A DNA stretch of 64,000 bases, from assembly GCA_030390025.1 (NCBI GenBank), contig CM059425.1, positions 176,764,001-176,828,000 on the forward strand. The letters are read 5' to 3'. This document shows, in pieces, positions 36,466 to 48,112 of this stretch; the stretch's first letter is position 1, and the number at the start of each line of letters is the position of its first letter. The DNA is from Squalus acanthias (Eukaryota). Under the pieces are notes generated by a model. That model did not search any database. It was not told the origin of the DNA and was given only the letters and a program-made list of their open reading frames with translations. A program made the position numbers and the translations under genes.

Positions 36466-38496
36466 ATGGGATGGCTCTTATTAAGAATAATAGGGCTGCT
36501 GTTGGTCAAACAGACCGCAGCCGCCACAGAACTGGAGTGGTGTGGGAATGATTTCAGCACCCATACATGTTACATGGATGACCGCTGAATAGGAGTATGT
36601 GTAGATTACGAGACCGGGGAAAGAATGGCTCAATGCTGTCAGAATAATCAGGGCATTTGGCACCCCTCATGTATGCCCACTCGAGTCAAGTGGCAACAAT
36701 ATGGTAAAGGTGTGGTACCGAATGGCCCTCCACCCCCTATAATTCACTGTTATTGGGGTCAAGATCCACCCCAAGCCATTAACCCGACACCAGCCTACAG
36801 GCCACTGATTTGCCCATTTATGAAGGAAGGACCCGTTAGTGGATTGGTGTTCACCCAAACCAGAAACATATTGTATGATAACATACGACATGAATTAGTC
36901 CCAGTAGTCCTGACCCTGCCCGTATGGTGCTCGTCACAAACCCAGCAATTGTATCAGCGTCTCATAACACAAGTATTGAGACAAGGCGCGATCCACAGTG
37001 GAGGTGGGTACAATAAAAGGAACAGGCGGGTATGGCGCCGGAAAAGGGATTTACTAAATGATGCAGCGATGGTTTTTAATACAGGCGCGTCAGTGGTTAA
37101 TACCATCGATCTGGCTGCATTAGACCAGAAGGTTCAAAATTTGAGCTCACGGCTCAAAGCCATTTTACAAGGACAGAATAAGAACGAGGGTCAAGAATTA
37201 AGGGAGGATCAGATATTAACCATCTACCTCCAGGACATAGCCACTGTACTAGAAGCACACGCACAGACAATAAATAAGATAGTCAAAGAAGAACACAATT
37301 TCTCACAGCAGGCAGCGGCGAACGATGCCTGCAGCACATATGGTAATTGGATAGTTGAGCAGACCCGAGAGAATTTAGACCAAATACAGGGAGGGGAAGT
37401 ACCCTTGTGGATTACCAACCAACAATTAAAAGGGACTCTAACCCACAGGCATGCTGGGAAGGGTACACCCAAACGCCTTCTGGATAGCCTTAACATAACG
37501 ACCTGTCAATTTCGGGCCATGATACGAGTATACCCCACCCAAGTAGAATGTAAGCAAAAGGGGGGAGGTCTCCTGGGCTTAGTACTGGTCATTCCGGTAC
37601 TGACCCCGGAGACTCAAGGACGCGAGGTATACCAAGTACAAAATATTGGTGTAATAAAAGATGGCATGCACATATCTCACCATAATATGTTACCTTACAC
37701 AGTGATGATAAATGGAAATCTAGTGGGTACCAGACTAGAAGGATGTACTACCCGACATGCCATCATCATGTGCCCGCATGCAATCAACCACAGCCCACAG
37801 AGCCGATGTGGTTTTAATACCACAGACCTGGAGATTAACTGCACCATGGAAGCATTGGATGCCACCGCCAAACCCACCCAGGTGGCATACGCCGGTAGGG
37901 GTGAATATTGTGTTACGACCAACTTGAATACGTTCCATTACGACAATCTAACATGTGATATTCCCCGCCCAGAGTTCTGCTTCACCCCAGAAATTCCCGT
38001 ATGAATTGGACATGAGGAACTGGTGGACATACATCAGTATGATACCACTTCTCTCCAAGTATCCGAGGACATTAAGAATGATTTGCGAAACTACATCAAC
38101 ACTTTTGGGTACCCGATACCCCCACTGCCCGAACATTTAAAGCAGTTACGGGGAAGAATTCAACATTCCCAACGGGTGTATTATACCCTACAACAACGGA
38201 GCAAGAATCTGAATAAAGATATCAACGCGATCAAGGTGACCACATGGTGGGATGACATTTGGGACTGGGGACTAAATATACAGATCCATCCATGGATCAG
38301 ACTAATTTCACACATATTGGTCGTGGTGCAGTTAATACTGGTTGTCGGCCTGTTATGTATGGCATGTAAGAAATGTAAGAAGATTCGAGCAAAACGGATT
38401 GCAAAACAAATGATTAAAACTGTTAGTGCATGCACTGCCCCTCCTACGCGTAGCTTGGACGACTTTGGACGTTTGTTAGAAAATTCAAGTGTATGA
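36466..38496 (+). pseudogene. env: Envelope glycoprotein (class I fusion, F-like layout), 676 codons with 2 in-frame stops
   Basis: One frame runs from the signal peptide MGWLLLRIIGLLLVKQTAAA, with TGA at 36586-36588 and 38002-38004. The furin site RRKR ends at 37047. It is followed by a heptad region, a Cys-rich region, Trp-rich WWDDIWDW, the TM segment ILVVVQLILVVGLLCMAC and a cytoplasmic tail. Confidence 0.88.
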
Positions 38497-38823
38497 ATAC
38501 TGAAGCAATGGTATAATGAATCGGGGATTGCCTAACTATTAACTTTACTCATCTGATGCATACCTGGTGCCCAGACGGGTGGCCACCCCGACAGGAGTCA
38601 CACCAGATCATATACAACAGATGGGCGGCCTACCTGGATTAACCAAAGGCCTAAAAAGGGGGGGGGAGGGAATACAGGTAAACTTCATCATTCATGCAAT
38701 TTGAGCTGGGGAAAACCTATAGGTGGTTCTGCAATATATATATATCCATCAGTTTATTATATTAACGTAGTTGTAGAGAGAGCACATTTCTCAACCCCAC
38801 TTCAAGTATCCTTTCCGGGGGTT

Positions 38824-38835
38824 GAAAGGGGGGAC
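38824..38835 (+). promoter_or_regulatory. Polypurine tract
   Basis: GAAAGGGGGGAC lies immediately before the 3' LTR. Confidence 0.85.
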
Positions 38836-39847
38836 TGTGGGATCGCAAATTAGGCCTGTGAAACGAAACCTATACCCCTTAGTCTTTAAATCTATATTAA
38901 CCAAGGCTGTAAGGCAATAATATTAGAAATCATGTCTAAAGGATAGTTAATTCACTTATAGAGGGATATCAATACGTACATATAGCTTTTAGATAGTTGC
39001 AAAGCATGATGGACTATTTGGTTCATTATATTAACCCTTTTAAATCATACTGTAAGAATCGCTGCTTACAAGAAGCCAGACTATTGGTGCCACAGCACTG
39101 ATTTCCAGGCATTTTAGAAGGTCATTATCAGTGCTACAGAAGCAGTGTTTATGTGTAGTTGGCCTTCTGAAGAGATAAGGGAAACTGAACCGTACAGGGA
39201 GTTGGACATTTCTCTCTTGGCCTCAGACCCCTTATCTCCCTTTGGAGCTGACATTGTTTACCATAATAAGCTTTTCTCGAGAATTAACGAAGTGTTGGTC
39301 AGGTACAACCGCATGGGAAAGGAAAGATAAGTGTGGTGCGACCTCGTTTGAGAGACAAGATGGAGTCTGGTAGACCTCGCTCCCAGAGACTAGATGAAGG
39401 CCCTGTGTATAACAACTATGTGTTATGTTTAATGTCACAGAACATTTCAAGGCGGCTCCCAACATTGAATGACTGATCATTAACCAATAAGGGAACAATG
39501 GTAGTGACGTTGTTTGTATGTGTACGCCCACTTTTGTAACCTGTGGGTGTTGCCTATCGAAAGGTATATCAATGCTTGTATTTAGTTTTTCCTTTGAGAG
39601 TTGGGTTCGAGTCTGAGGAGATCAACCTCTCTCCCTTTGTGCACAAAGCCTTCTGGCTAGTTTCTAATAAACTTTTACTTTGTCTTCAGTTCCGTCTCCG
39701 TCTGGTTTTGCTCCAAATTCGATGTAACAGTAAGGCCCGTTGGTGAGTAATTGGGATGCCGGGAGCAGGGGTGACCTCTTAGGACTTCAATTAGTCCCGG
39801 TGTCAGAAGTGGGCCCCTGTGAAAAAGTCCCAAATTCTGATCTAACA
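38836..39847 (+). repeat. 3' LTR (1012 bp)
   Basis: Direct repeat of 33529-34540, with AATAAA at 39666-39671. Confidence 0.97.
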
Positions 39848-40130
39848 TCATCAATCAGACTATCGGGGTGCTGAAGCAACAGTTCCGCTGCCTTGATCGC
39901 TTGGGAGGAGCCCTCCTGTACTCGGCGGAGCGGATGTCCCATTTCGTGGTGGTCTGCTGCTTGCTCCACAAATTGGCCATCATGAGGGCGCAGCCCTTGC
40001 CACCATCGAGGTGGAGGACAGAAGAAGAGGAGGAGGAGGGAAGAGGAGGAGGAGGAAGCGAGGAGGCAGGCTGCAGATCCCTGTTCCAGTGGGGCTGTCC
40101 ATGAACGCCTCATCAGACTCCGTTTCCAAT
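39848..40130 (+). pseudogene. Harbinger transposase, 3' part
   Basis: Encodes QTIGVLKQQFRCLDRLGGALLYS...VVCCLLHKLA. It joins the 5' part in frame once the ERV and one TCAT are removed. Confidence 0.9.
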
Positions 40131-40299
40131 GAATGAAACCCCAGTTCCCCATAGTTCAACACTTCTCCATCTTACCATCCCTCTGTCACAGAACATCACA
40201 GGGTCCTCTTGGTCACAATGCTGAAATGAAAGCCACCACAAAAACAAAATTCCAAACATAATTTATAAATGATTAATTCCAAAACTACATTAGACTGCA

Positions 40300-41850
40300 C
40301 CAACTCGGCATGGGCGGCAGCAGTCTGGGCTGGCTGGATGACAGGCAGCAGCAAGGTCACTGGTGGAGTGGCAGTGGTGGGAGTAGGAATGCTGTCATCC
40401 TGAGAGAAGGCAGCAGGTTCTTGCTCCGCAGAGCCACTGCCACTCCCCCGGGGTCAGCATTCCTAGCCTGCTTTTGGGGGACAGATTGCTGGACTGCTGA
40501 GAGATGACGCAAGCCCCTTCCCACACTCGTAAACCCAGCCATGATGGCAGCAGCCTGAGCTTCCACTGCAGCACTGAGACGTTGGGTCACTTCCGCCTGT
40601 GCTGCAATGGAAGCTGCGACATCGCCCATCACACCCAGCATCATGGCTGGGTCCACAGGGTCTCTCATGGAATTGCCCATCATTTCCATCCTGGAAATCA
40701 CGGGCTCCAATCTCCGCGCAAAGCCCCATACAATGTTAGGGCCGGACTCCTCTATGCTCCTTGACACTGACAAGAGTCTCCTGCCAGGCCCCTGCCCTGG
40801 CTGCAACCCACTCATGCCCAGTGACTCACCACGTGCAGATCCCGCCTCTATACTACTCCCTAAAGTCCGCACAGTGCCATTTTCTGAGCTGGTGTCTGCG
40901 AGTATCAGAGGCAGTGATGGTGTGTCTCCTTCTTCTCCTTCACTGTCCTCCATCATTTCGGGGACTGGCTGGCCAGGTTGGACTTCTTGGATATCTGAAA
41001 GCAGAAAGGCACAAGGGTCAGGTTGTGGTGAGGGGAGGGGGTAAAGAAAGATATCGATGCACACACACATCAGCAGCTTATAAGTGAGATGAGATTGTGG
41101 GATGAAGAGGAAGTGGGAAGTGAAAAGAAGGATTAGGTATGAGCATACCGTCATCATCAGCAATGCTTTCAACTTCCCCGCTCACCACGGACTCTGTGAC
41201 TGCCCCTCCAGTGATCTCCAGCACTGCTTCCTCCAGCTCCGTCAGGTTCTGCAGACAGGCTTCCCCTCCACCCATCTGCTGCTGTCTATGGTTATGAGCA
41301 ACCTTTGCCTGCAAGAGGAAGGGAAGTATGTCAGTGAGTGTAGTGCAATGTGTTTGGGTGATGTGCCTGTCATGGTTGAATAGCTGGCATTGTGTGCAAG
41401 GTGTGAGATGTGGGTGTGAGGCTTGCAGCAGTGGTAAGTGTGTGAGGGTGAAGTGAAGCTCTGATTGTGAGGTATGTGTGGTGATTGGTAGAGATTGTTG
41501 GTAGGTGAGTGATGGGGGTGTGGTGCATTGAGCAGTGTGTGAGGCTAGTGGTGCAGTTGGTGGGATATGGTATTTGATGATGCATTCACTCACCTTGACC
41601 ACTCGTGTGAGGTCATTGAACTTTTTACGCCACTGAATCCAGGTCCTGGGGACAACACTCGTCACACTGATGGCTTCAGCGATCTCGTCCCACAGCCTCC
41701 TGGTCTTCAGCCTTGAAGGCCTCCTGCCCGCCCCCCCCCCTTTGCGGGTAGAGAACCTGATGGCATCTTTGAACCCCCAGGACCAAGACCTCCAGTGCCA
41801 CATCTGAAAATCTCCTCACCCTTTCCCTTGGCTGTTGGGCCCTGGCTCTG
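40300..41850 (-). pseudogene. Harbinger Myb/SANT gene, 3 exons
   Basis: Encodes RERVRRFSDVALEVLV...LWDEIAEAISVTSVVPRTWIQWRKKFNDL. Minus-strand GT-AG introns span 41593-41309 and 41148-40995. Exon 3 is acidic with a predicted coiled coil. Confidence 0.85.
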
Positions 41851-42129
41851 TTCAGAATGACAATGAGGTGCTTCTGCAACAAAGTACCTCCCCTTTAAGT
41901 AGTGTAGAGAGCCTAGGCCAAACTTTATTGGCCACTAGACTGCACCCGATATTGGTCCCCCTGTTGAGCGCTAAGCCAATCAGCAGCGCGTTTACCACTG
42001 AGATCAGCGCTGCAATCATTATAATGAGCAGGCAGCACGAATTTCGTGTGCTGCCTGCACCACTTTGAATGGGCACGGGCACAAAGCACTTCCCACAACC
42101 GTTTTCGGACCTTATCCAATTTCTAGGCC

Positions 42130-42225
42130 GAGGAATATCCCATCCAATCATGACTGAAGAACCCGAGTACAGACACAGAAAATGCCTACAACAAGAACCA
42201 TGCCTCCACCAGAGATCGTTAAATA
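42130..42225 (+). pseudogene. Old Harbinger transposase, continuation of 31480-32209
   Basis: EEYPIQS*LKNPSTDTENAYNKNHASTR completes the LLGD.GYP...YN..H..TR motif. Confidence 0.75.
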
Positions 42226-42276
42226 TATAGACATAGGAATTTATGGTGGGAATAAAAGGATAAGGACAGAATGTAT

Positions 42277-44309
42277 GACCCCGATATTTACGGGGAAGCA
42301 GGGAGGGAGTGGGGGCGCACTTTTGCGTTCCAGAAACTCAGAAGAACGGGTTTCCCTCAGAACCTGCCAAATTTAACGGCAGGACCTGAATAACAGTTTT
42401 TGTTTTTGTTTCCCGGCCAGCCGGGGAGCAGAAAGGAGGGAGGGATCAGAAAGGCTGGGGTGGGATGGACGTGGGAAAGATCGGAGGCCGGTGTCGGGGG
42501 AGATCGGAGGCTGGAGGGGGTGTGGTGGGGGGTTGAGGCTGGAATAGTCGGAGGTGGGGGAATCGAAAGGGTTGGGGGTAGATCGGAAAGGTCGGGCCGG
42601 TGGGAGATCATGGCTCGGGGGGCAGATCGAATCGCGGGGGAGGGGTCTGATCATGGGGAGTAGGAATGGCCAATCACATTGGGGTTGGTTGGGAAGCAGG
42701 TTAGCCTGGAGGGCAGGTGGGAAGCACTCCATCTCCTCCTGGCCCACAAGCAGCGTTGGAAAGGCACTTACCTGCTGGATCCTGCAGTTCTCGCCTCCTT
42801 TCAGGTGCCGGATTTCCTGAGGCCTGGGAAATCCAGCCGGTCAGCATTAAATATAAAATGGAGGTCAAATCTGAGGCACGCAGCCTCATTAAAATAAGTG
42901 ACCTGCCTCCTGGAGCAGGTTGCTCACCCGCCACCCCCACCCCCCCCCAACCCCCCATCCTGCTTCCATTAAAACCAGAAGTGGGCGGTGTAAGGTTTCC
43001 AAAATTTACAGATCCCCAAAACCTAAGGAAAAAGGACTTGGGAACTACCTCAGAGTGATAAAAATGCATTTGGGCCTAACATAAGGAATTTAAGACCAAA
43101 AACCAAGTTTTGGCATTTTAAAAACATGTCTGGGCCTGTAAAGGGGCAAGGAGGTGGGTCGACCTCTGTAAAAGCAGTTTGGCTATTGCAGTTAATTACA
43201 CTGCCTGGGGAACCGGGATGACCTCATTCAAGCCCCAGCAGACATTAACATTTGAACAATAGACCCAGGGAAAAGACAGTCCCACCCAAAAGACGGGCCC
43301 CATCAAAACCGATTACAGGGCCCATCAGAAACATGCATAATAAAAACCACTCAGACACATTCTATAGAAAGATTAAGTCCAGCCTAGAAAACAAAACACA
43401 AAACCAATCAACTGTAATCAACCAAGGAGATCGACAGGATGCAAGCCATCCCAAAAGCCATTGGACACTTATTAAAGTCGTTACCGTTAATGAGCCCTCC
43501 AAAATCTTACAATGCACAGATAAGGAAGCTTCAATTAGTATAATTGAAAGGCTGTTTTCTCAAGAAGTCAATTCAGCAGTTACAACAGTTCAAGTTCGAG
43601 TTCTCCAGTAGAGTTACACGGCAGTTCAAGGAGACAAGCAGTTCAAGAGTTACACAGCAGCAGGGAGTTCAGCAAGCAGTTCTGCAGAAGGCAGTTCCAC
43701 AGTTCTGCAAGAAGGCAATTCCACAGCTCTGAAGAGGACAGTTCAACAAAGAAGGCCAACAGCTCCAGAAGCAGGCCGACACGCAAGAAGAAACCAGAGC
43801 AACAGTTCTAGTGACCATCAGACACCTCACGGCAACAAGGGCCTTACGAAACCTTTTACTCAAAAGACTCTAAACCCTAACTCTCATCTGTCAAGGATTC
43901 GTTTGGTGAGCATTACCCCTGGTTCTCTGGAGTCCAACCTAGCTAGTGAAGTGGGATTGGGAGGGGTGAAGTATTCTCCTAATGTTATTCCCCTCGCTTG
44001 TACCGAAGTGTTCCCCACTTTTAGAGTGTTAAGAGTGTTTGTGTTGTGTTTTACTTACTTAAATAAAGATCAAAGTTCTTGCATCAAAACCAGTTGTCTG
44101 CTGCACTTTTTATCACAACCCCCAAATAAGTCCAAGGTCTAGAACCAAGGGAGTGGGAGCGATTCGAACCGCTCAGAAGTCAGAGGGGAAGCTGACACAA
44201 ACCACCACCCCCTACAGCGGGTTCAAGGCTGGTTGGGTTCAGGTTTGAGATTTTTAACATTTTAACATTGGGGGTTTAAGTTCCCCCCCCATGACTTTAA
44301 AACGAGGAC
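42277..44309. mobile_element. GC-rich MITE-like element hosting a solo LTR
   Basis: Ends GACCCCGATATTTA and TAAAACGAGGAC are degenerate. The sequence reads continuously across the LTR insertion. Confidence 0.4.
42989..44216 (+). mobile_element. Solo LTR (1228 bp)
   Basis: Termini are TGTAAGG...CCCTACA, with a GCGG TSD (42985-42988 and 44217-44220) and AATAAA near 44062. It has an internal CAGTT(C) repeat array and no obvious similarity to the ERV LTRs. Confidence 0.8.
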
Positions 44310-45299
44310 AGTATTTCATTGGTACGCCCGGTCCAATTATCCTCTGCCCTCTAACTGTTTCATCAGAAGACTATACTCAGTCTTGACTGCACACGTGCAA
44401 TGACAAAAAAGATTGATAATAGTGACAAATTAAAAATCCTGACCCCAAAATTACACAGAATGAGTTGTGCAGGATTTGCACCAATGGAGTGCCTGCCAAT
44501 GCTCTGCAGAGCTGAATCTGCCAAAATTTGAGGCAACTTATTTAAATAAATTGGCCTTTTCGAGCACGAACCCTATGTAAAATGGGAGTGTTGTGCTGAG
44601 GCTGCTTGAAAATTAGAGAAAAGTCTTAAAAAAGCCATGGAGGGAATTCGGGACCTCACTTGCAATAGGTTGGCTCCAGGCCTCCGCAATATCAGACAGC
44701 CCGGCCGCCTCCCGGGTTGGAGGAAGGTAGGATCCTGGGGGGAGCCCCCATTCTGCGGGGGGTGGTGGTAAGCCAGTTGTCATGGCCCAGGCTGGATTTG
44801 TGGAGCCAAGAGGAGGCACTCCTGCTCCTCCCGGCACCCCACAAATGAAGAGGAACTCAGTTTCAGGATCCTCTTCAGCTGGACTACCACCTGCCCAGCT
44901 CAGTCCAAAAATAGCATCGGGGTCCTGTGACATCAGCTGAGCACTCTCTTCAGGCAGCATCTGGGACCCCAGCAAAATGGCGACGGCCACCACAATGGTG
45001 GCAACGGTGTGGTAAGTTCTTACGCACCATTTTCAGGTCGATACCACCCCATATCCTGCAATTGGGAGTGACCTGAAAATTCAGCCCCAAACCTGGCTGA
45101 AGCTTGCAGCAGCAGTAGGAAGGAGGAAAGGGCTTGGCTCATTGGGATTAATATCAGTTTAGCTGCACTAGATTGCTCATGTGTGATTTTGTCCCACTTT
45201 TCAAGAATATCCTCCGCTGGAGGCTCTGAAACAGATAGCCTAAAAATGGTCAAGGGCATTGCAAAGAGGAACAAAAAAAATACCATTTCTTTGAGATGA

Positions 45300-45718
45300 C
45301 CTTTGAACCATATGCTTTTTTAACAGCCTTCTCAACTTGTCCTGCCACCTTCAAAGGTTTGTGTACATACACCCCCAGGTCTCTCTGTTCCTGCACCCCC
45401 TTTAAAATTGTGCCATTTACTTTATATTGCCTCTCCTCATTCTTCCTACCAAAATGTATCACTTCACACTTCTCTGCATTAAATTTCATCTGCCATGTGT
45501 CTGCCCATTTCACCAGTCTGTCTATGTCCTCCTGAAGTCTGTTACTATCCTCCTCACTGTTTACTACATTTCCAAGTTTCATGGCATCGACAAACTTTGA
45601 AATTATGGCCTGTACCCCCAAGTCAAGGTCATTAATATACATCAAAAAGAGCAGTGGTCCCAAGAACAACCCCTGGGGGACACCACTGCACACTTCCCTC
45701 CAGTCTGAGAAACATCCA
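45300..45718 (-). mobile_element. CR1 RT internal fragment
   Basis: Encodes SGVPQGLFLGPLLFLMYINDLD...SKFVDAMKLG...WQMKFNAEKCEVIHFG. Confidence 0.9.
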
Positions 45719-46569
45719 TCAGTGCACCGTTACGACGCGCCCGCTCTGTTCCTGCCCAGCAGGGAGAGTTTAAGTTCTCTCCTGTAAATTATATCTTTTA
45801 AAAATAGTTTCCAAAAAACATATTGAGAAAGTTTATGCTGCAGCCGATAATTGTCATTCCAAACTTCTCCTTTCAGACAACATGATGAACTTTTGGCAAC
45901 AGGATGATTCAGGAATATGGCACCAACACCCTGTTAGTCTTCTACCATAATAATCTTGTGTGAGGTTGTACTTATTCCTATGATATACACAGTCATAGTA
46001 TTGATGAATACAAGCTATACTGATCATTTTTCAATCACATACATGAGTTCAAATAGAACATATGTTCAGTCCTCAGTGTACTGACATTTTACACCTTTGA
46101 GGCCAAAAAAGTCATGTACCAGTGTGATAGATTAATTAACAATGCCTGCTTTTTAACACCAATCTTAGTTTTTTTGTCATGTTCATTCTAACATAAAATC
46201 CAACTGGCTATTCATCTTTAAAAATTGGCATTAATCGTCACTACTGGGGACAATATACAGGGCTATTGAAGTACCAGCTCATGTTAGTATTAGTGTTATT
46301 TGCATTTATTTACTGTAGGCATAATTGCCTTGGACAGTTTAACTGTGCCAGTTATTATAGTTTATTTGGACAGCCACTTACAAAGGAGCACTTAAAAAGC
46401 TTCTTATTTATTATAACAAAGGCACTTCAAGGCTGTTACTCCCCTAGCTCTCTATTACTACAATGTGAAAAAAATCACCAAGAGAGATAGAATGGTGGGG
46501 GAATGTATAAACTAGATGCGGGGCTGGTTGTGACAGGTGTAAGAGTACACTCGTACCTGATTGGAACAA

Positions 46570-47225
46570 ACCTTAAGGTGTATCAGTGAAAACACAAATC
46601 AAAGTTTAATAAGGCCAATTCCAATGGTGAGAGAAAGCAAAGTATAAATGTTAATAAAGTAAATGGGAAAAGTAAAAAGCAATGGAGCTGTTCTTGCATT
46701 AATGCAAGAAGTCTGACAAATAAGATGCGTGACCCGGAAAGTCTTGCAGGGGGTGATAGATTGGCATCACAGACACATGGTGGAATGATTCCAATCAATG
46801 GGATACATATCTAGAAGGAAATAATTTTTTTAGAAAAGACCTTATCAGGAGAAAAGGAGGCGGTGTGTCAGTACATATAAACTTCAGTATTGAGACTCAA
46901 GTGAGAGAGGATCTAAAAACGGAAAGGATAGACACAGAATCACTTTAGGTGGAATTAGTAGATGGTAACAGAGGTAAACCATTTTTGGGGGTATGCTATA
47001 CACCTCAGGCCAGGGGGAAAGCCTTGATATGGAATTGTAAAATAAGATACAGAAGGCAACTGGTAAGGGACCAACTGTTATACACTTGTAGTTGGAGATG
47101 ATAACTTACCAGAAATTGATTAAGACAATAATATTTCTACTGGTAAGGCAGGGAAGAGATATCTAGAGTTAATGGAAGATTGTTTTATGACTCAGTTTGT
47201 AAAAGAGTCAACAAGGGGAGAAACC
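46570..47225 (+). mobile_element. Old CR1 ORF1/endonuclease remnant
   Basis: Degraded CINARSL.NK, RKD..GGGV and endonuclease-like segments are visible. Confidence 0.5.
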
Positions 47226-47231
47226 ATCGTG

Positions 47232-47621
47232 TTTTTAAAATGAGTTAAAATTACATTAAATTAAATATTTTAAACAAAAATTTAATTTTTTGAAAAAATA
47301 ATTGAAGTTTTTTATGGGGCTAAAAATAAACTTACTTTTTTAAAAGTATTTTTAAATTATAAATGAATGAAACAAAATTTTTTTTTAAACTTTTTTAATC
47401 TCTTATGCTGGTAAAAGCAGGCCTTACGCTTGCTTTTACCAGGCGTAAGATTTTTAAGTGATTTCAGCGGGCGGAGGTTCTGCAGAAAGGTTCTCCAGGG
47501 CAGGCGCCCAATCTGTCTGATTCTTGACAGATCGGAAATGCTTCGCATGCCTGAAACTGGCATTTCCGATGTCCCTATGTACACAGCCCGTACATACCCA
47601 TAGGCATCGGAAAATACGGGT
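47232..47621 (-). mobile_element. Partial copy of the 18724-19407 MITE
   Basis: Matches the reverse complement of about 18724-19095 and ends in ATCGGAAAATACGGG. Confidence 0.8.
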
Positions 47622-48112
47622 TTTCTTCCAGTTCCATAGCATCAGACTCATTCTAAGTCGACCTTCCCTTGTGCCTAGAACAGTCTGTTCCTTTCAAGAG
47701 GAAATGGCCAAATTAAGAAGGGGCACCAATCTTCTGCAACAATGTTGCTGCAGTAGGGACAGTATTCTGGAAGAAGTGACCTGAAGTGCCCTCATCAAGA
47801 TACAAACCTATCTTGTGATCTTGAGTGACATTTCCATGTTTATACACTTATACCTAGTGTAAGCAGCCATTTATAGTATCTACTAGTGGAAAAGTAAGCA
47901 CTTATTGTGTGTTCCACAGAATAGTTTATAGAGCAAGCTATTAATCATACGTCCAGTGAAGTAGAACAGCCACTCCCTGTTAGATTCGGGTTGTTAGCTC
48001 TTAAACTGACTATTTAGATTGACAGTCAACAAAAAAGCATTTGGAAAGACAAAACTGGGACTGCATTCATCCACAACATTGGGACCTCTTTTGTTCACTA
48101 TCTTCAGTGTTA

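Larger units (their letters stand above)
33529..39847 (+). mobile_element. Endogenous retrovirus, defective in gag-pol but retaining env (6319 bp)
   Basis: Two TG...CA LTRs and a TCAT TSD (33525-33528 and 39848-39851) bound the element. It has a PBS, a PPT, gag/pro/int relics and env. Confidence 0.95.
32210..42129. mobile_element. Full-length two-gene PIF/Harbinger transposon (copy B, about 3.6 kb without the ERV)
   Basis: TIRs GGCCAGGAAATTGGA (32210-32224) and TCCAATTTCTAGGCC (42115-42129) match at 13/15, with TAG/GAG flanks. The transposase (+) and Myb gene (-) converge. Confidence 0.9.

Noticed and set aside
33529..39847. Gmr1-like gypsy element (tRNA-Leu PBS, protease followed by integrase)
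   Set aside because: The protease-integrase adjacency is a deletion junction. The integrase C-terminus is retrovirus-like and ends in a stop followed by env, with no RT downstream. RT from relatives is needed for a final classification.
32693..40130. Domesticated host gene HARBI1, or NAIF1/MSANTD for the Myb ORFs
   Set aside because: The frames are disrupted, multi-copy within the window and bounded by TIRs, so they are transposon copies.
43575..43750. CRISPR-like repeat-spacer pattern
   Set aside because: These are irregular, short, degenerate repeats inside a vertebrate LTR, with no constant repeat length and no cas genes.
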